56,056 bases of DNA from Candidatus Kaiserbacteria bacterium RIFCSPHIGHO2_01_FULL_46_22 (GCA_001779595.1 MFKO01000002.1:148311-204366), one strand, 5' to 3'; positions 16,903 through 26,056 are shown, counted from the stretch's first letter. Numbers and translations are program-made. The notes: generated from the letters alone by a model not told the origin.

Positions 16903-19900
16903 CTATGATACCGCCGATACTTCCGATGTCAACAATTTGGCGTTCTCAAGCATTACGGTAGGTTCACCACTTCTGATCTGCAGACGACCTTTAATAGCCA
17001 CACAAGCTGACGGTCTAAGCACTTCTTGTAAAGCACGATAAGTTTCAGGAAAGGCAGTCACTTCGATTTGATCGGTCTTATTAACTAGTTGGATAAACGC
17101 CATTTTTTCACCCTTCTTGGTTAAAAGTTCTCTCATTGTTCCCACCATTCCAGCGGTTACTACTGGAATACCGTTGCGTCCATCTTCTCTAATCACTTTA
17201 ATTGTTGGTCGCTTTTTTAACTCCTCAGCAAAACTGTCCAACGGATGACCAGAAACATAGACACCGAGCAGGTCTTTTTCCCAGGCGAGCTTTTGTGCCA
17301 TTGGAATTGGCGCAGACGGGTTGAGAGATAATTCAGATATAGAGGTACCGCCAAAGAGCGAGTCTTGTGAAGATTCTGCAGCAGCCTGCGCGTTTTTGTT
17401 AAATTCAAGCAAAGTTTCTAAGTTTGCAAACATCAAACCTCGCTCTTTGAAACGGTCTAGTGCGCCAGTTTCTATCAGCGCCTCCAATGACTTCTTGTTT
17501 AAGTTTCGCTCACGCACACGGGTTAAGAAATCTGACAGGGAATGGTATTGCCCATTGGTCTTTCGTTCCTCAATGATTGAATCAGAAATGCCCGCACCAA
17601 AGTTTTTTATAGTAGTGAGACCAAAGCGAATCTTTTGTGTACCAGGTACCACAGAAAAGTCCGCGAAAGATTCGTTGATGTCCGGTGGCAATACTTCGAT
17701 ACCCATTCGTTCACACTCGTGAATAATTTCTGAGATCTTCTCAGTGTCACCAGAGTCTGCTGTTAGGACGGCTGACATATACTCAACCGGGTAGTTGGCC
17801 TTCATATAAGCCGTCTGGTAGGCCACACGACCATAACTGGCGGCGTGAGCCTTGTTGAATCCGTAAGCAGCGAAAGGTTCAATTAGTTTCCATAACTGTT
17901 CGGCCTTCTGGCCCGATAACTTGCCGTATTCCACGAAACCTTTGAGCAACTTTTCCTTTTCAGCTTCCATCACCTCAGGAATCTTCTTTCCCATTGCTTT
18001 ACGGAGTTTGTCAGCATCAAGCCATGAGTATCCAGCCAAAGTAATGGCAGTCATCATCACGTCATCTTGGTAGGTGATCACGCCGTAAGAGCGGTCCAGA
18101 ATCGTTTCGAGTCGAGGATCCATATAATGAATCAGGGCCGCGTTATGTTTGCGCTCAATGTACTGCGGGATCGACTCCATCGGCCCTGGACGATACAACG
18201 CCACCATGGCGTTGATGTCGTGGATAGAGGAAGGTTGTAGCTGCTTTAGGAAAGAAGTCATTCCTGAACCGTTGAGTTGAAACAAACCCATCGTTTCACC
18301 GCGAGCCAGCATTTCAAAAGTTAGTTTGTCATCCAGAGGAATGTTTTCAATATCTACCTCTATGTTACGAATTTTCTTCACTCGCTTCACCGCATCAGCC
18401 AATATGGCTAGGTTTTTGATACCAAGAAAGTCAAATTTGAGAAGACCAACACCGTCTTCACCGACAGAGCGCATTTCATACTGGGTAATCAGCTTGCCGG
18501 TTTTCGGGTCAGGCTGTACTGGTACAAATCGATTCAAAGGCTCAGGTGCAATCACCACACCGGCAGCGTGAACTCCTAGGTGTCTGACTCTACCTTCAAT
18601 TTGTTTTGCCAGATCAAGAACCTCGCGCATTTCTGGCTCGCTTTTGTACATCTTGGCCAACTCTGGCTCAATCTCAAGAGCCCGCTTGATGGTCATTGGA
18701 AAACCCTGACTGCCGATCGGAATCAACTTGGCAATACGATCTCCAGTCGCGTAAACATGACCAAGCGCGCGCGCCACGTCACGCACTGCCGCGCGCGCCA
18801 TCATCGTACCGAAGGTGCCAATCTGGGCCACTTTGTCCTCACCATATTTCTGCTTGGCGTATTCAATAATTTCATCACGACGATTATCGGCGAAGTCCAT
18901 ATCGATATCAGGAGCGGAAGGACGTTCTGGATTGAGAAAGCGCTCGAATGGAAGCTTGTATTCAAGTGGATCCACATTGGTAATACCGAGCACGTAGGTA
19001 GTCAAAGAACCGGCCACCGAACCTCTAATAGTAGTGAGAATTCCTCGAACCCGTGATTCTCGAAGCAAATCTCCCACCACAAGGAAGTACTTTGCGTAAC
19101 CTTTCATCTTGATCACTTCCAATTCGTAATTCAAACGCTCCTGAACTTCTTTGTCTTCTAAGGACAGTCCGCGCCAAGTTACACCTTTATAGGCCAAGTC
19201 TTTGAGTTCATCATCAGGTTCTTTGCCACTTTCAATAATGTAGTTGGGGAAATACCAAGTTGTTCCGATCGGAATATCTACATTGCAGGATTCGGCTATT
19301 TTGACCGTATTGCTAACCGCCTCTGGCACATCGAGAAATTTCTCCTTTATGGCAGCTGTTGTAACGAATGAGAAGTCTTCATTGCCATCAGCACTGGTAT
19401 CGACTACTCCGCCATTTTGTATCTTAAGCAAAGTCTCGCGTGCCACCCGATCTTCAGGGTTAATGTAATAAACATCATGCGCGGCTACCAGTGGAACGTT
19501 GTTAACCTTAGCCAAGGCTTTGATGCGCTCCTGATTTTCTCCGTGGTCTAAAAGCTCTGGATGATTGGTGACCTCTAAATAACAATCTTCGCTGTAAATG
19601 TGGCGATACCAATCCAGTTTTTCTCCGGCCCGTTCCTGATCATTGTTTTTAAGAGACTGTGCTACTTCTCCAGCAAAGGATGGCAAGATCGCTATCAAGC
19701 CCTCTTTGTGTTTTTCGAGTAATTCCTGATCAAGACGTGGTTTGTAGTAAAAGCCATCCACGAAGGAACGAGTAACTAGTTCGATTAAGTTCTGATAGCC
19801 AACGTTGTTTTTGGCGAGTAACACGAGGCGACTGCGTGGTTTATCAATTCCAGCATCTTTATCAAAGCGGGTACGAGGGGAAAGGAAAGCGTCTAGGCCA

Positions 19901-20109
19901 ATTATTGGTTTTATATCTTCCTTTTGACAGGCCTTATAGAAATCAATCATTCCGTAAAGTGCACCATTGTCAGTAAGAGCTAACGCATCTTGACCGTCCG
20001 CCTTTGCAGCGTAGGCAAGTTCTTTTGGAGTTGGTAGCGCGTTTAGGAGGGAATAGTGAGAATGGACGTGTAAGTGAACAAATTCAGTCTGCAGCCGCTT
20101 TTCTGACAT
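16903..20109 (-). CDS. dnaE: DNA polymerase III alpha subunit
   Basis: PHP HLHVHSHYSLL, RGSVAG, PDIDMDF, GFNKAH; no intein-sized insertion. Confidence 0.98.
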   Translation of the reverse strand: MSEKRLQTEFVHLHVHSHYSLLNALPTPKELAYAAKADGQDALALTDNGALYGMIDFYKACQKEDIKPIIGLDAFLSPRTRFDKDAGIDKPRSRLVLLAKNNVGYQNLIELVTRSFVDGFYYKPRLDQELLEKHKEGLIAILPSFAGEVAQSLKNNDQERAGEKLDWYRHIYSEDCYLEVTNHPELLDHGENQERIKALAKVNNVPLVAAHDVYYINPEDRVARETLLKIQNGGVVDTSADGNEDFSFVTTAAIKEKFLDVPEAVSNTVKIAESCNVDIPIGTTWYFPNYIIESGKEPDDELKDLAYKGVTWRGLSLEDKEVQERLNYELEVIKMKGYAKYFLVVGDLLRESRVRGILTTIRGSVAGSLTTYVLGITNVDPLEYKLPFERFLNPERPSAPDIDMDFADNRRDEIIEYAKQKYGEDKVAQIGTFGTMMARAAVRDVARALGHVYATGDRIAKLIPIGSQGFPMTIKRALEIEPELAKMYKSEPEMREVLDLAKQIEGRVRHLGVHAAGVVIAPEPLNRFVPVQPDPKTGKLITQYEMRSVGEDGVGLLKFDFLGIKNLAILADAVKRVKKIRNIEVDIENIPLDDKLTFEMLARGETMGLFQLNGSGMTSFLKQLQPSSIHDINAMVALYRPGPMESIPQYIERKHNAALIHYMDPRLETILDRSYGVITYQDDVMMTAITLAGYSWLDADKLRKAMGKKIPEVMEAEKEKLLKGFVEYGKLSGQKAEQLWKLIEPFAAYGFNKAHAASYGRVAYQTAYMKANYPVEYMSAVLTADSGDTEKISEIIHECERMGIEVLPPDINESFADFSVVPGTQKIRFGLTTIKNFGAGISDSIIEERKTNGQYHSLSDFLTRVRERNLNKKSLEALIETGALDRFKERGLMFANLETLLEFNKNAQAAAESSQDSLFGGTSISELSLNPSAPIPMAQKLAWEKDLLGVYVSGHPLDSFAEELKKRPTIKVIREDGRNGIPVVTAGMVGTMRELLTKKGEKMAFIQLVNKTDQIEVTAFPETYRALQEVLRPSACVAIKGRLQIRSGEPTVMLENAKLLTSEVSAVS
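16905..16932 (-). promoter_or_regulatory. Sigma70 promoter for the T-box/thrS transcript, inside the dnaE 3' end
   Basis: TTGACA(16932-16927)-16bp-TATCAT(16910-16905). Confidence 0.65.
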
Positions 20110-20129
20110 AATAGCTAGTATATCAAATT

Positions 20130-20723
20130 ATGAAATGGCTGATTGGAATAGACGAAGCTGGCCGCGGGCCGCTAGCTGGGCCCGTAGCGGTTGGTGTGGT
20201 CGCCGTATCAACTGACTTTGACTGGAGTTTAATCCCTGGCGTTGGTGACTCCAAAAAGCTGTCCGAGAAAAAGCGCGAAGTGGTCTTTGAAACTGCAAAG
20301 CAGCTAAAAAAGGCTGGCCTATTAAATTTTGCAGTCTGCCAGAGCACCGCGACATATATTGACCAAGAGGGAATAGTGCCAGCTATTAAATACGGGATGA
20401 AAGATGCCCTAGAGAAACTGGCACTTAACCCTGAAGATTGTGTGGTGCGTCTAGACGGCGCACTTCGCGCGCCGTCTAACTATCAAAACCAAACCACCAT
20501 TATCGGTGGTGATGGCTTAGAACCAGTTATTGGTCTGGCCTCCATTTTGGCAAAAGTGACACGTGACCGATATATGACGAAAGTGGCAACCTTACCTGAG
20601 TATGCCCCATACGAGCTGGCTACCCATAAAGGCTACGGCACCAAACTCCACCTAGAACTTATCAAGAAACACGGGCTCTCACTTATCCACCGGAAGAGTT
20701 TTTGTCGTAATTGCGGAGTCTGA
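20130..20723 (+). CDS. rnhB: Ribonuclease HII
   Basis: GIDEAGRGPLAGPV, DSKKLS, ASILAKVTRD, HKGYGT. Confidence 0.97.
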   Translation: MKWLIGIDEAGRGPLAGPVAVGVVAVSTDFDWSLIPGVGDSKKLSEKKREVVFETAKQLKKAGLLNFAVCQSTATYIDQEGIVPAIKYGMKDALEKLALNPEDCVVRLDGALRAPSNYQNQTTIIGGDGLEPVIGLASILAKVTRDRYMTKVATLPEYAPYELATHKGYGTKLHLELIKKHGLSLIHRKSFCRNCGV

Positions 20724-20784
20724 TTAGCTGTTGTATAGTATTGATTGCGGACGAAAATTCTGTCCGACAATGTGGAGGAATACA

Positions 20785-21063
20785 ATGGGAATGCATACTG
20801 AACCGCGCTGCAAAAATTGCAAATATCAACAGAGCGGCAAAGGGAATGATTACTTGTGCGGATTGCTCCGCGCCAAAAATGACGAGCCGGTTGTTGTTGT
20901 TACACTCGTGACAAAGTTTGCGCGGTATGAAAATTGCGCATACCGATACTGGGATCGGATGTTGTCGGCCAATGCACCATTATCTGCAGAGGAGCTCATT
21001 TTGCTTGCTCAAAAAGCGCGTGTGTCAGAGACTGTGCGTTCACGACATTCTATAGCTGCCTAA
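20785..21063 (+). CDS. Small hypothetical protein with CxxC...C...C (possible Zn binding)
   Basis: GGAGG SD before ATG 20785; TTGCGG-17-TATAGT promoter; terminator at 21086-21111. Confidence 0.6.
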   Translation: MGMHTEPRCKNCKYQQSGKGNDYLCGLLRAKNDEPVVVVTLVTKFARYENCAYRYWDRMLSANAPLSAEELILLAQKARVSETVRSRHSIAA

Positions 21064-21085
21064 TAGCAGTCAAGACCCTGCCAAG

Positions 21086-21111
21086 AGGGCTGACCGACCG
21101 TCAGCCCTTTT
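21086..21111 (+). terminator. Intrinsic terminator
   Basis: AGGGCTGAC-CGACC-GTCAGCCCT-TTT. Confidence 0.7.
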
Positions 21112-21152
21112 CTATTGCCTTTTTTCGATATTTTGTTATAGTTGCTGCCATT

Positions 21153-21431
21153 ATGGTAGTTCGAATGCGACATACGCGGTCTCATACCGCAAACCGACGT
21201 AGTCACCACGCGCTAAAAGCGCCAGCTTTGGCTGTTTGTAAAAACTGTAACGCCACCCACCGACCACACCATATGTGCCTCGAATGTGGCTATTACAATG
21301 GCCGTCAGGTGATGGATCTGCAGGCTAAGAAGGAGGCTCGTCAGACCCGTTTAGAAGCAAAGCGCTCAGCACAAAATGTTGCCGTTGCCGACAACACTCC
21401 CGAAGCAGCCGCTGACGAAGGAAAGAAATAA
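21153..21431 (+). CDS. rpmF: 50S ribosomal protein L32 (Zn-ribbon form with C-terminal extension)
   Basis: RRSHHALK, CKNC...RPHHMCLECGYYNGRQV; TGTTATAGT promoter upstream. Confidence 0.95.
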   Translation: MVVRMRHTRSHTANRRSHHALKAPALAVCKNCNATHRPHHMCLECGYYNGRQVMDLQAKKEARQTRLEAKRSAQNVAVADNTPEAAADEGKK

Positions 21432-21439
21432 ATCTTTGG

Positions 21440-21479
21440 ATATTCACAAAAACTCCCTACGGGGAGTTTTTGTGAATAT
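21440..21479 (+). terminator. Terminator after rpmF
   Basis: 18-bp stem ATATTCACAAAAACTCCC-TACG-GGGAGTTTTTGTGAATAT. Confidence 0.8.
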
Positions 21480-21523
21480 AGTTGTGGTAGTATGAATAAA
21501 GTTAAGGATAAGTAGTTTCAATA

Positions 21524-22423
21524 ATGGCAAACCGGCACCTCTCACGCTCTATCGTTCTTCAAACGCTGTTTGAGTGGGATCTGAATAATCTTGAAAAGAA
21601 GGAAGTAAAAGACGTCTTGGTACGCAATATTGAAGAGTTTGCCAAGAACAAAAGTGACCAGCCTTTTATGGAGCGTCTGATGGATGGCATCCTGGGCAAA
21701 CAAAAGGAATTGGATTTGGTTATAGAAAAGGCGGCTCCAGAATGGCCAATTGATCGTATTTCTCCAGTTGATCGAAACATTCTTCGACTTGGTTTGTATG
21801 AGCTTCTTTTTGCAGATCGTGGCGAAGTACCGGCTAAAGTAGCCATCAACGAATCCATCGAACTCGCAAAGCAATTTGGCGGTGAAAACTCCAGTCGATT
21901 CGTGAACGGTGTTCTAGGTGCTGTCTATAAAGAAATAGGAGAACCAGGCAAGGAAGAGCAGAGCAAAAAGAAGGCACCGACTGTTCCATTTGAAAAGATG
22001 CTGGTTATACGTCTGGCTGGTGCTGTTGTGTATGCAGTCCATGATGGAGAAATGTACTTGGCGCTTGTACATGATATTTTTGGTCACTGGACTCTATCGA
22101 AGAGTAAGGTTGCTGAAGACGAAACAGAAGAGCAGGGTGCCACCAGAGCATTACGTGAGGAGATTGGCTTAGATATCCAAATTGAGGCCAAGCTTGGCAG
22201 TAACGAGTACGTGGCAAACAAACCAGAAATTGGAAAACACCGAAAACAAGTATCGTACTTTTTAGCCAGTGCACCTTATGTCGATCTTAAAATGGAGAAG
22301 AAAGGGGGATTAGATGACGCTAAATGGTTTAAGGTGGCTGAGATACTTGACCTCAATTTTTATGAGGATATATTGCCTATTGTCACGAAGGCCGTAACCA
22401 TGTTGGTTGCGAAAAAAGTTTAA
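21524..22423 (+). CDS. nusB: NusB fused to a C-terminal Nudix-fold domain
   Basis: RHLSRSIVLQTLFEW, DRNILRLG, VAINESIELAK..FVNGVL; then a Nudix-like REEIGL box. Confidence 0.9.
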   Translation: MANRHLSRSIVLQTLFEWDLNNLEKKEVKDVLVRNIEEFAKNKSDQPFMERLMDGILGKQKELDLVIEKAAPEWPIDRISPVDRNILRLGLYELLFADRGEVPAKVAINESIELAKQFGGENSSRFVNGVLGAVYKEIGEPGKEEQSKKKAPTVPFEKMLVIRLAGAVVYAVHDGEMYLALVHDIFGHWTLSKSKVAEDETEEQGATRALREEIGLDIQIEAKLGSNEYVANKPEIGKHRKQVSYFLASAPYVDLKMEKKGGLDDAKWFKVAEILDLNFYEDILPIVTKAVTMLVAKKV

Positions 22424-22437
22424 GTAGAAATCTGAAA

Positions 22438-23133
22438 ATGGAAAATGATCTGCCAAAACTGGAAAAAATCCTCGGGGTGGTTTTCACTAATAAAGAGCAC
22501 TTACTGTCTGCGGTAACGCACCGGTCATATCTTAATGAGCATCGTGAGGCTGTTCACGAACATAATGAACGACTAGAATTCTTAGGTGACGCTGTCCTCG
22601 AACTTGCTGTTACTGATTACCTTTTTCGTAAATACGCAGAAAAGCCAGAAGGTGAACTAACGGCTGTTCGAGCGGCACTTGTTAACACAACATCGTTGTC
22701 TGAAGCAGCGCAAAAACTTGGTATCAACGACTTTATGTTGATGTCTAAGGGTGAAGCTAAGGACACCGGACGAGCTCGCCAATATATATTGGCGAATGCA
22801 TTTGAAGCAGTAATTGGAGCCATCTACTTAGACCAAGGTTACGAGGCGGCGGCCAAATTTATTGGCAACCAACTATTCCAAAAAACAGATCGCATTGTAG
22901 AGAAACGGTTATGGCAGGACCCGAAAAGCAGATTCCAGGAACTATCTCAAGAAAAAGTCTCTATTACACCTTCCTACGAACTAATCTCCCAGACTGGCCC
23001 AGATCATGATCGTGTGTTTAACATCGGTATTTATTTGAAGGATGAAAAGGTCGCCGAAGGACAAGGTCGCTCTAAACAAGAAGCTGAGCAAAACGCTGCT
23101 GAAGCGGCATTGGCTGTAAAGCAGTGGGAGTAA
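22438..23133 (+). CDS. rnc: Ribonuclease III
   Basis: NERLEFLGDAVL signature; dsRBD DPKSRFQE...GPDHDR. Confidence 0.98.
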   Translation: MENDLPKLEKILGVVFTNKEHLLSAVTHRSYLNEHREAVHEHNERLEFLGDAVLELAVTDYLFRKYAEKPEGELTAVRAALVNTTSLSEAAQKLGINDFMLMSKGEAKDTGRARQYILANAFEAVIGAIYLDQGYEAAAKFIGNQLFQKTDRIVEKRLWQDPKSRFQELSQEKVSITPSYELISQTGPDHDRVFNIGIYLKDEKVAEGQGRSKQEAEQNAAEAALAVKQWE

Positions 23134-23208
23134 AGGCAAGACCGCTGTAATTGTAACCTGTTCACAGTCCAGATTCCTGCAGTCCTGCTTTTGCATTACA
23201 ATACTGGT

Positions 23209-23715
23209 ATGTATAAATTCCCTCGAATGAAGGCAGGGTTCACTTTGGTAGAAGTATTAGTGGTAATCGCTATCATTACCGTTTTAATGTCGATAGTGTT
23301 CGCGTCTGTCAGTGAGTCACGCAAAAAAGCACGCGATTCCAAGCGTGAGGCTGATATACAACAAGTCGCTGCAGCTCTGCAAGTCTGGGCCACCGCTAAT
23401 GGTCGCTATCCATCCACTGCTGAGGGTGTCTGTCAGTTTTATACTAGCTTCGGACCCGGCGGTTGTCTTCAAGTATTAGTCACCTCTGGCCTTCTTAACG
23501 CCCTACCTCAAGATCCGCAGAACGAGTCCTACAGTGGCAGCTGGCCAAACGACCAAATGTATTTCTACGACAACTGGTGTGCCGCCCCAACGACCCCGAC
23601 TGGTGATCAACGCTACCGTCTCTGGGCAAATGGTGAGCGTAACCATAATGGGTTAGCTAAGAACTGGTGGTACAACAACACCATCGGAGCAACTCCTTGC
23701 ACCGATCCGTCTTAA
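23209..23715 (+). CDS. Type IV pilin / GspG-like prepilin
   Basis: KAG|FTLVEVLVVIAII cleavage/methylation motif; RDSKREADI; LPQDP; TACAAT 6 nt before ATG. Confidence 0.9.
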   Translation: MYKFPRMKAGFTLVEVLVVIAIITVLMSIVFASVSESRKKARDSKREADIQQVAAALQVWATANGRYPSTAEGVCQFYTSFGPGGCLQVLVTSGLLNALPQDPQNESYSGSWPNDQMYFYDNWCAAPTTPTGDQRYRLWANGERNHNGLAKNWWYNNTIGATPCTDPS

Positions 23716-23729
23716 TACCTGCGCGCTGA

Positions 23730-25979
23730 ATGTATCTCAAACACCTTTCCATTAATGGCTTTAAATCATTCGCAAAAAAAGGCGAGTTGGAGTTTTCGTC
23801 TGCCATAACAGCTATCGTCGGACCAAATGGTAGTGGTAAGTCTAATGTGGCAGAATCTTTTCGCTTTGTGCTTGGCGAACAGTCCCCGTCAAGAATGCGC
23901 GGCAAAAAGGGTGAGGACTTGATCTGGGGAGGTAGCGATTCCCTTGCGCGAGGAAATCGTGCGTCTGTTGCGGTTACATTGGATAATGAAAAACACGTTT
24001 TCCCAGTCGATTTTGATGAAATTGTTTTGGAGCGAGTAGTGCATCGTGACGGCGCTAACGAATATCTAATAAACGGGAGTCAGGTACGTCTAAAGGACGT
24101 ACAAGAGCTTTTGGCAGCAGCTAACATCGGCCCATCAGGACACCACATCATTTCTCAAGGTGAAGCCGACCGTATTCTTTCTGCCAGCCCTAAAGAGCGT
24201 CGAGAAATGATCGAAGACGCGCTTGGCTTGAAGGTATATCAGTTCAAAAAAACTGAAGCCGTACGCAAGCTGGATAAGACTCGAGAAAATATCGACAAAG
24301 TCGATTCACTTCGTCGTGAAGTGGCACCGCACTTACGTTTTCTTGAGAAGCAAATGAAGAAGATTGAAAGAGCCGTCGAATTGAGGGATCAACTTCGTCA
24401 CTTATATGCTGAATATTTAAAACGAGAAGATACTTATCTTGCATACCACCAAGATCGGCTTGAAGGCGAGCGTAACAACCTAAAGAAAGAGTTGGAGACA
24501 AAGGAAAGCGCGCTTACAAACGCTAAAGCTGTATTGGCAAAAGAAGGCAGTGGGGAGAATCGGACAGAATTGATCGAAGCTGAAAACACTCTAACCATTG
24601 CCCGCCGTACTAAACAGGACATAGTCCGGGCAGTAGCAACTTTAGAAGGCCAACTTTCATTTCTCGAACGACGAATCAGGGCGGCACGCGACAGGAGTAC
24701 TGCTGACGATAAGTTGCAGATACCCTATGGTGAGTTGGACAAATTGGTGACATCACTTGAGTGGGAGGTGCAGAAAGCGGTCAAGAATGATGATGTCTCT
24801 GTCTTAAGACGAGCAATGACTGATGTTGTGCATACACTTCGACAATTCCTGTCCAAAGCCTCTTTGCAAGGAGAAAGATCAAGCATTGTTGAAGAGGAGC
24901 GAGAGTATGAAGACCTAACCGGAAAGAAAAATGAACTCGACAAACAACTGGCCACTGCGTCGCAAGATGAGATCCAGGCTGAAGAGCAACATCGAGCCAT
25001 TCGGACTAAGATTGAAAATAGTGAAAATGAGGGCCGCGCTGCAGAGCGAGAGGTATTCCGTTTAGGTGCCGAAAAACGCGAGTGCGAAAATGTCCTGGTT
25101 CGTTTAGAGTACGAATACAACGCTATTGTTCGTGACCGTGACGAATTTAAACGTGAATTGCAGGAAGCTGTGATCTTGATCGGTCGGAATGCTGCAGATT
25201 ATTTTAAATTAGAAATTACCGGCGATATTGTAAATGAAGATCGCGCTCGTCAAATCGAACGTCGACGCGAACTTGAAAAACTCAAGATACGACTCGAGGA
25301 GCAGGGTGGAGGAGGAGAAGAAATCGAAAAAGAGTACACAGCAGTAAAGGAACGTGACGATTTCTTGATTCGAGAAGTCGCTGATCTCAAATTGTCTGTT
25401 GAGAAACTTGAACAGTTAATTGCTGAGTTGAATGCAGAATTGAACGAACGTTTCAGTGCGGGCATCGACAAAATAAGTTTAGAATTCAATAAGTTTTTTG
25501 CACTGATGTTTGGTGGTGGTGCGGCAGAGTTGAATAAAGTAAAGATGGCACAACGCCGGCGTGTTACTTTAGCTGAAGAAGAATTGCTTACGGAAGAATC
25601 TCCGGAAACTGAAGAGAAAACCGAAGAGGGAATAGAGATTGGAGTAAAGCTACCAAACAAGAGGGTTAAGGGTCTTGATATGCTTTCTGGCGGCGAACGC
25701 GCACTTACCTCAATCGCGCTTATATTCGCTATGAGTCAGGTCAATCCGCCGCTTTTCATCATCCTCGATGAAACAGACGCGGCACTTGATGAAGCCAACA
25801 GCCGACGTTATGGCGATATGATCGAAGCGCTTTCCAAGCGATCACAGCTTATATTAATCACCCACAATCGTGAGACTATGTCTCGTGCTGGTATTCTCTA
25901 CGGTGTCACTATGGGTGGAGATGGTGTATCCAAACTGCTTTCTGTCCGACTCGATCAAGCACTCGCTGTAGCAAAATAA
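23730..25979 (+). CDS. smc: SMC-family ATPase, short form without recognisable hinge
   Basis: GPNGSGKS, ISQG, LSGGE, ILDETDAALD, ITH; SMC-type N-terminus; downstream of rnc. Confidence 0.85.
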   Translation: MYLKHLSINGFKSFAKKGELEFSSAITAIVGPNGSGKSNVAESFRFVLGEQSPSRMRGKKGEDLIWGGSDSLARGNRASVAVTLDNEKHVFPVDFDEIVLERVVHRDGANEYLINGSQVRLKDVQELLAAANIGPSGHHIISQGEADRILSASPKERREMIEDALGLKVYQFKKTEAVRKLDKTRENIDKVDSLRREVAPHLRFLEKQMKKIERAVELRDQLRHLYAEYLKREDTYLAYHQDRLEGERNNLKKELETKESALTNAKAVLAKEGSGENRTELIEAENTLTIARRTKQDIVRAVATLEGQLSFLERRIRAARDRSTADDKLQIPYGELDKLVTSLEWEVQKAVKNDDVSVLRRAMTDVVHTLRQFLSKASLQGERSSIVEEEREYEDLTGKKNELDKQLATASQDEIQAEEQHRAIRTKIENSENEGRAAEREVFRLGAEKRECENVLVRLEYEYNAIVRDRDEFKRELQEAVILIGRNAADYFKLEITGDIVNEDRARQIERRRELEKLKIRLEEQGGGGEEIEKEYTAVKERDDFLIREVADLKLSVEKLEQLIAELNAELNERFSAGIDKISLEFNKFFALMFGGGAAELNKVKMAQRRRVTLAEEELLTEESPETEEKTEEGIEIGVKLPNKRVKGLDMLSGGERALTSIALIFAMSQVNPPLFIILDETDAALDEANSRRYGDMIEALSKRSQLILITHNRETMSRAGILYGVTMGGDGVSKLLSVRLDQALAVAK

Positions 25980-26056
25980 AGGTCCGGACGTTCAAACGTG
26001 TGTCGTTTGTCGCTTCCGGACCATGTGTTATTGCAGACATTGCTGCCTCCCATTAG

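Noticed and set aside
16903-20109. Inteins or introns in dnaE (also considered for gyrB, rpoB, rpoC)
   Set aside because: Lengths are normal and no splicing motifs were seen; GyrB has only short acidic insertions.
20934-21152. N-terminal extension of rpmF in the ORF track
   Set aside because: Overlaps the upstream ORF, its terminator and the rpmF promoter; the true start is ATG 21153.
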